Part shown: piece by piece, positions 54,959-64,000 of the stretch
Layout of the letters: every line of letters starts with the position of its first letter
How positions within the stretch are numbered: the first letter of the stretch is position 1
NCBI RefSeq assembly: GCF_009914755.1
Contig: NC_060925.1
Direction: 5' to 3' (one strand)
Length of the DNA: 64,000 bases
Source: the human T2T-CHM13v2.0 reference genome, Homo sapiens
The notes under the pieces: generated by a model
The model's input: the letters and a program-made list of their open reading frames with translations, nothing else
Database searches by the model: none
What the model was told of the DNA's origin: nothing
Translations under genes and position numbers: made by a program

Positions 54959-56709
54959 TGGGAGGAGGAATAGACCTTGGAATTGTTTTTTCAAAACTTT
55001 TTTTATAATAGTGCCTAATCTCAGTTGGCAAGGAATAGCTGTCCAGAATGCTGCATAGATCTAGTGAAAAGATTTAGGGAAGTTGTAACTAGTTTAATAA
55101 CCATCTGTGGAGTGACATAGATTGACACACCCAATTACACAAGACCTGAGTCTGAGAACTGTTGATGTGCAATCATCCCATCAGCATCTGCTCGTCATTA
55201 TCAACAACAATAATGGCTCAACTATTTCTTTGAGGCCACATGAAAAGACAGTGTACCCATAGCAAAGGATAAGTCAGACCTGAAAAAAACATAGCCCTCT
55301 GCATCCCCTTGTTCCCAAACTTCTTTTTAAACATAACCTTTTGTGAAGTTCTGAAAGAATTCATTTTATGTTTTCTTTTTATTAATTTTTCTTCTTAAAT
55401 ACCATGTCTTTCTGGCTGAAATCCTTGCCAAAACCAGGAAGGGCCAGTGTACTGTGGGTGATTTTTCTAATTCATTTCTTTGTCATTTGAAGCCTTCTGT
55501 GGCTTCATGCTGCTTTATGTGTGTGTAAATATTCAGTATCTTTTCTAGTTTACACTTTTGTCACAACTGCTATTAAGCCACCTATGGACACATTCTAATA
55601 TAAATTATTTTGGCCACTGTGAGTGGGAGGGAAAGAATCAGTTCACAGGGATAAATTTGCATGTTGAGAAGATAATATATAATAGTTTGCAAAACACTTC
55701 TATGTACATTGTATCTTTTATAGAGACAAGGCCATGTTTTTATTTGTGGAGACTGAGACAGAGACCCCATGAGATCTAATGCAGAGTCACATGACTCCAA
55801 AGCCAGGTCTTCTATCTGCTCTTTGGTATATAACTGGATCATTATTCTATTGACAGAAATAAGGAATCTTCTTATTTTTCAAAGGCACCCTTTTGCCCTT
55901 GGAAGGTATATTTAGAAATCCTTTACCAGACTAGAAAGAAGACAGTTATATTTTCCTGCCTTTTGATAAAAAACAGTGTGTTTTTTCTAAATCTTGTTGT
56001 GTTTGACTAGAGTCTGATTAAGGTACCTTTTGGGAAATTAAGGTTCTATAGAAATTACTGGGCTCAATCTAGTGATACAAATATGTGTTGTTTGATTTAT
56101 CAACACATTACAAACCTTAACTTTGGAGTTTTAATATCTGGTTATCTTTAATATCTGGTTATCTTCTTTCTGAAGTGTATGTACACAAAATTGATGCTAA
56201 ATAAGGTCTTGTTGTTTTGGCAAATAGTGAAATGCAAGGTATTGGTAGATCAGTACTGTTATAACTTTGGTGCAAAGTTGCTGCATGCAGATTGGCTGTG
56301 GGACCTTGTTCATTTTTTGAGAACTAATGTAGAGTTTGAAAAAACACCGTAAGCCTGCATTCCAGAAGTTCTGGTATGGATAGTGTGAGCCCAGGGAATG
56401 TGCTTAGATAAAAGATCATTTAACAAATAGGTTTTGCATTTTTTTAGCAATCAGGCTTTGTGCTGAATATTAGAGTGGTTGTTTCAGAGAGTTTGCAGCA
56501 ATTAGGCTTTATTGGTGCACTAAGGAGAAGCAGAGAGGAGAAGCAATTCTTGGTAACTTCCTTGGAAGTTGCAGCTAACTCTGAAAAGTCTGGGTTGAAC
56601 TAGGTAAGTAACTAATTCCTAGAATCAATAAACTTTGCAGGAGTCCGTTTGATTGTACATGTAGCTCCCTGGAATTGCTATTGGTCCCTAAATCATCAGT
56701 TTGTAATGC

Positions 56710-56889
56710 TGGTTTTCAAACTTGAGTGCACATCAAGTTTTGGAGGACTTGTTAGAATACAGATTGCTGGGCTCACCCCCAGAGTTTCTGATCTGGTAGG
56801 TCTGGAGCGGGACCTGGTAGATTGCATTTCTAAAAAGCATCCAGGTAATACTGCTGCTGTTTGGGAAAGTACACTTTGAGAGTCACTGG
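56710..56889. mobile_element. MER5A hAT MITE
   Basis: GGTTTTCAAACTTGAGTG...CAGATTGCTGGGCTCACCCCCAGAGTTTCTGAT...ACACTTTGAGAGTCACTG. Confidence 0.82.
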
Positions 56890-57426
56890 CTTACAGCAAT
56901 CTCAAGGTGTTTGGATTTTTGGGCAGGGGTGCTGTGCAGGCGTTGCTGGGATCTCTTCACAGCACCTCCACTGCATAGAGGTGAGCCTCCAGATGTTTTC
57001 ATTCATTCAACAAATATATGTACCTATTGTGTGCTGGGCACTGCTTAAGTTGCGAGGGGATATTGTGAAGAAAGTAAGCAAAACCCCTTTGTTTGTAGAA
57101 TTTCAGTGAGCATAGTCCTGGGTTAACCTGACAACAGTCCTACTGTTTATTGATGCTTATAGGTGAGCCTATTTCTCTTTCTAGCTTTCTTCCACTTAAT
57201 TTACTTTCTTTTGGAATTCTTGAATTTAATAATAATAATATTGATGTTATTAGTCATCACTATAACTTTTTATTGAGTATGTATTTTATGTCAGACACAG
57301 TGTGGCTAAGTGCTTTACATACATTATCTCATCTAATCCTTAGAAAAAACCCTGGTGTATTAGTCTTAATTTAAAAGATGTACTTTGGAAAGGTTAGTAG
57401 TTTACCCAAGATTATGCAGCTAGTTA

Positions 57427-58052
<626 letters not shown>

Positions 58053-58141
58053 ATTTTCTTGGCTATGGGACTATATGTCATCTAATCACTTTTTAAAAAC
58101 AGATTACAAACTGTAGGCCTTAGAAAGGTAAGTAATTTTTC

Positions 58142-58818
<677 letters not shown>

Positions 58819-61800
58819 TGACTTTTTAGCCCTTGGTCCATTGCTTTATTCTTCACACCATACCACTTCCTTAGAAGTGCACCTGGGAATGCCTGGGAAT
58901 TGAATTTTATCTTTCCACATGATGGCAGATATGCTATGGAACCTTCAGGGATGTCGGTGAAACCTGAAAAGGGAAGTTGAATCTCAGCCTGCTCTGAGTA
59001 GGTGAAAATTCTGCCTTGGATCCCCCAAAGTCTGCAGATAAAGATGTGACATTTCTCGTGTTCTGCTGTGCTTGAAGGAAAGAGGGTAATAATCTTAACA
59101 GTGCCAAGCTGTAAGCATGTTGCATATATTAACTTGTTTAATTACTAATTATTTTGATACAGCGGCCATGCCTGGGATATGAACTCAGCTGTTTTGAGTG
59201 AGAAGGGGCATCCTACCAGTGTGAGTTAACACTTCTCTGTACTCTCCCCGGTTCCTCATTTTGTTCCTGCTGAGTTCAGAGCTATGTTCCTCATAGCCTG
59301 GCTTACCTGTGGATGTTCTCAGCCTCATTTTCTTTTGCTAGATCATATATCTTCATTAGGTGGGTGATTTTGGTTTCTGTTACTTTTTCCTTAATATTAG
59401 TATATTGCTGATTTGGATCAGGGGCCAGGCTGTAGATTTTCAGCATGGTGAGGTGATAATACATGTTGGTCCCCCATGCAGAATGCTGCCTCTAGCACTT
59501 TAGCCAAAGGAGCTCTACAGTCTGTCCAGAAGTACTGGGGGACACTGGTAATAACCTGAGAACACTTACAGAGCCTTCCAGAAAGTGCCCTTTCACATCA
59601 TATAAACAGATCATGGGAAGCTGAGGGAATGCAAAGTCAAGGCCTCATTGGAGAGCGGAAAGGAGGCTGAGATTGGTGGAGAGGAGTGGCTGTTACATTC
59701 TAATTAGAAGAATGACATGTGCAGGGCCATGAAGCAACTAAAGATGGGATGAAAAACTTAACTTGTGAATCGCAAAATTTGAGTAGGAAGGAGCTGGAAA
59801 GGCCTGGAAGTGCGAAGTGATTGGCCCTTGGTCAGATGGCTAGAAGATAGAGAGCCAGGCATAGAACCCAGAATCCAGGCCATCATTTTGTGGCCTCTTT
59901 TATCCTAATGACATGTTAGCCAGAGGTGTCTTCCAAAGCACCTGATTATAGGGAAGAATGAATGTCACTTACCCTAGAGTGAGTGAAATAGAGATGCCAG
60001 GAAGATATACCAGGTTTATCCAGTTTCTTTGCATTTTTCTGGCATACTGTATACTCTTGAGCGCATATGTATCCTACTTTGTGAAATCTGGGGGTAAAGC
60101 AGGACCCTTCAAACCCTTAAAAAATGTATACCCCAAGAAAAACATTTTTAAAGCATGAACGCTTCCTCAAGTAAATACATATTTATACATTATATAAATG
60201 TCTGGCTATTAAACCATGTATGCATATGTTAACTCTAAGTAAAGCTTATTATATGTTTTTTAGCCCATAAATATGGAGATGTTTTAAAATTTCTTCCAGT
60301 GCCCCAGTGGATGATCTTACACCTCCCGTGCTTCTGGGATACACACATCTAATTTTGCAGACCACTGGTCCAGAATGTAAATTGAAGAGTTTAATGTCTA
60401 AGATATTTGTTCTTTTGTTTGTAGCTTATCTTTTACTCCCCACGTTTCAAATATCCGTTTGCAAAATAATTTTTGAGTTAAAATTTTCAATTAAAAAACT
60501 GTATCCTTGAGGTAGAAAAGATAAAGATAGAAGATATATGTGAATTAGGTTGTATCTCTCCTTAAGAGGGAATACTGTTTTTTATCTAAGGAGAACTAAC
60601 AACCCTCCCTTTCATTGTCTGGGTTGGTATAAGTAAAAATCCTTGTTTGAAGTTATTAAGCCTTCCCACCCATATGATGATTAGTTTGGTTCATAAGCTA
60701 GAGTTAGGGCTTGGTAAAGGCTCCTTTTTTTTTTTTTTTTTTTTTTTTAAAGTCTTTCCACCTTAACTAGCAAGTAAGCTAGAAATGACAGAGCAGTAGA
60801 AGGGGGAATCTACCAGAGTGTCCTACAGGACCTTGTTGAATGCTACTGCTGCATGCAAGGGTTGTGGATTTGGTGTGGGCCTTCTGCAGTATCACCCAAA
60901 TTTGAGCAGTACATGTAACTAAAAGTAAGAAAAATAAATTAGACAGTTTATTTCATTTCAGACTTTGGAAGCCCAGGACTGTGGGGATTAGCTATTAGCT
61001 AAGACAATGATTCACTGAGCAAATGCAGTGAAAGATTCTTTTGTTACACTGATCATCATTTGTGGAGAGACTCTGAAGAAGGATAAAGCTCTGGCTGCAT
61101 AGTCAAACCAGACCTACTACTCAAGGACATGCATACTAGATATGTAGGTGTTTCCAAATATTTTTTTCAGTTGTGGGGGTGCAAATCATTTCAATAGTAG
61201 AGTAACTCAGTTCATTACTGTTACTGGAAAAACAAGTTTAACCAAGCACATATCCTACTGAGGGTGAGTCAACAGTGTCATTTTAACATAAGAAGGACAG
61301 TACATGAAGTGAGTTATTCCAAGTCCTGTGGTTTTCCTACAGCTGAGCAAAGACAGCTGTTCTTTCGGAAGTGGGGCTCTAAAAAGAAGTTGCCCATCTC
61401 CTTTCTTTCTTGATTATAGCCTTTTAGTTTTCTTTTGGCCTGAGACATTTCAAAAATTCACTTCCTCCTTAGATTTCTATCACCAAATACCCTGAATTTT
61501 GATAATTTATTTATAGAGTATATTATTTATTATAGACTTATTATAGTTTAAAACTTTATTTTAATTTATCTCCCATTTCAAGATCCACGTTTGCTATATG
61601 TGTCAGATAATAAAAATGCCATAAGGAAAACAGAGGAGTGATCTTTTTTAATATGTCATTATTTTCTATAGTTCTTTAGTGGTATGGACATGGAATAAGG
61701 TGGCATTTTGTGGGACAGTATACCAAACTTAGTGATAAAATTTATACTTTTAATTTTGGAGGACAAAAGTCTTGTATTCTCAGCCTTGTGGATAAGACAG

Positions 61801-62749
61801 TGCTCTGAGCTGTCTGAGGTTTCCTAAATTGGGATTCAACATCATGAAGGGTATGTGTCTGGATAGTTTATTTGTTGGTTTGGGAAGGTGAGTTTTTGTC
61901 TTTTTTCCCCCTCTGAGTTGATTTCTTTAGTTGGAGAGAAGCAGACCAGATGAAGAAAATACTTTATCTCTTATGGCATTTTTGGTTTACCACATTAGTG
62001 ATGACCCGTCTTCTCTGAGCAGCAGGCCATGCTTCTCTGTTCAGTAGTTCAGTTTTCACTAACTTAACTGCAGATGTGTTCTTGGAGGGATTTATTTCTA
62101 ATCAATTGAATTATGGGTACTTGGATAAAATGATGATGGGTTACCTACTTTTAATAGGGCCATCATTTTTAAGAGTAAAATCTTGTCAAGATAGGGTATA
62201 TCATACTTATGATCTGGTTCCATCTCTAACTCCATAATTTCCTTGTGCTCCTGTGTTGCTACTCTATTATTGAGAAGAGATGGTATCTTGTCAGTGTCAA
62301 TTTTACAAAGAAAAAATTCTAAACAATTTCAGTCATAGGGTAGTTTTTTTTTTTTCCTGGAGAAATAATGCATAGTGTAGTATGTTGAATCCTAGAGTTG
62401 GCAGGTTTTCAAAAGTGGGGTTCTTTTGTTGTGTAGGTAGGGGTGATGCTAGTCAATGGGTGTTAGTCATTAGGGCATGTGTATGAGTGGTAGTTCTGAG
62501 ATACAGCATTGGCAGCCCCTCTTGTCCCTGGTTTTGTTTTTGATAAGCAAGTCCTGGTTTTGTTTTAATAAGCAGGTCATTAGCTGATCTTTCGTGTAAA
62601 TGTTTTTGATGTGCATAGCTGGTATGTGGGTGGTTACCTACCTGAGAATGTTGTAGTCACAAATGTATATTATGGAAGTTTGCAGATTATGGTGGATATC
62701 AGGTTTTTCTAACTGCGTATTTACAGATGTAGTGAGTGAAAGGAATGTT

Positions 62750-62920
62750 GGGTCAGTAGGTAAAAGACTTGTGCTCTGGTCCTGGTTCAGACATCTTGAT
62801 TTGTGTGACTTTGGGCAAGCCCCTTATTTCTTTGAGTTGCAGTTTCTTGTGTAAAATGGTGCTAATACCAATTTACATGCCTCATAGTGTTGTTGTGGGG
62901 ATCAAATGAGATCACTGTTT
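62750..62920 (+). mobile_element. MIR SINE relic
   Basis: TGTGTGACTTTGGGCAAG...CAGTTTCTTGTGTAAAATGG...GGGATCAAATGAGAT. Confidence 0.7.
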
Positions 62921-64000
62921 ATGAGCAGCCTTCTCAGGAGTGAGAAATAGAGGGTTGTGAGCTGACTTTCTGATTTGTTTGGCTGAGGTGTTCACACAAG
63001 CCATAGAATGCTTTGTAGGCTTGGGTGGAGGAATGTAGATGGAAATCAGCTGAAAATCCCTGCCTATTAGAAGCTGAGATGTTAATCCTAAATATATTCT
63101 ATGGAGTACTATCAGATGCCTTGCTTTTCTTCATGATGCCCTATTAGCTTCATCTTCAGGTAGCATAGGTGCCTGTTACTCTCATTTTACTTGAAGAAAC
63201 TGACCAGCCAACTGATTTAGGATATGGCTGGCTATCTTCTGGAACTCACATTAGAGTTACTCCTTGAGAGTAAAGTCTTGTATTTTCTGAAGGTTGCTGC
63301 TTTTGGGGTATTTTCCGTGGAGGTGGGTGGGCACACACAAAAACTCACTGTGCTCAAATTTATAAACTTGTTCTTCTTAACAATTTTAAAGCCAGATTAC
63401 ATTGGATTGGGGGAGGGGAGGATACTAGATTTAGTGTTTTTTAATATAAAACTTTGTATTTGAAACTTTATGTGGTAACATATATTTAGGCTCATAGCCA
63501 AAGTGATTACAATGCATTGGTTTTAATATTTTCAGTGAGGTAATGTGTGCTTTAGTGGGGAGGAGGAGAAATATTATTTAATCACCAGCACTACACTAAT
63601 AACCACATTTACTAAATCCTTTGTCCCTTTGCTTGAACTGAGGGTTCCTTGCTTTTATACTGGTTTTCCAAAGGACTTAATCTTGTTAATGTGATGAGGT
63701 GATGATGGGAAGGACATTCCCACTGGGCCCGAAGTGGTGAAACTGGTAAAACTCCCTTTGTAAGTCCCTCTTGTTCAACATGAGTGTCACTCCCATGTCC
63801 CTAAAGTAGAATGGAGTTTTATTGAAGAGAGAATTTTAAGAGTGATAAACAAAAGAGATGGAAATATCTCCTGTGCCAGGTCATTGTTACCATTAAAGAC
63901 TAGAATAAACTGTAATTTTGCAGATTTTCTTTTTGTCTTATGGGAAATTAAAGACTTGGTTATCCTCTCTCGGAGGAAGATAGAAAACTACTGGGCCTGC

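Noticed and set aside
60725-60748. Isolated T24 as a retrocopy tail
   Set aside because: No recognisable element body or target-site duplication is adjacent, so I treated it as a simple homopolymer.

Overview
This is primate (most likely human) genomic DNA from the 5' end of a NOTCH2-derived gene on the + strand. A CpG island at ~36.3-37.5 kb holds exon 1, which has a (GGC)7(GGA)2GGC tract, a 73-nt NOTCH2 signal-peptide segment and a GTGAGT donor. The initiator ATG is replaced by ATA, codon 21 is ACC (Thr), and there is no 2-bp deletion, so this is a NOTCH2NLA-type exon 1 (human-specific 1q21.1 paralog). Gene conversion makes the exact paralog uncertain. The first ~36 kb are repeat-rich upstream DNA and the last ~27 kb are intron 1; I did not find exon 2. 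The window carries many Alus, an L1 3' end, MaLR/ERVL solo LTRs, DNA-transposon MITEs and MIR/L2 relics. Almost all ORF-track entries are repeat- or GC-derived noise. I see no convincing new protein-coding system. The best leads are the multi-frame translation logic of exon 1, a set of CSL/RBPJ sites, several cryptic exon candidates, an inverted Alu pair and a perfect 17-bp hairpin. Repeat subfamily names are from recalled consensus sequences and repeat boundaries are approximate.
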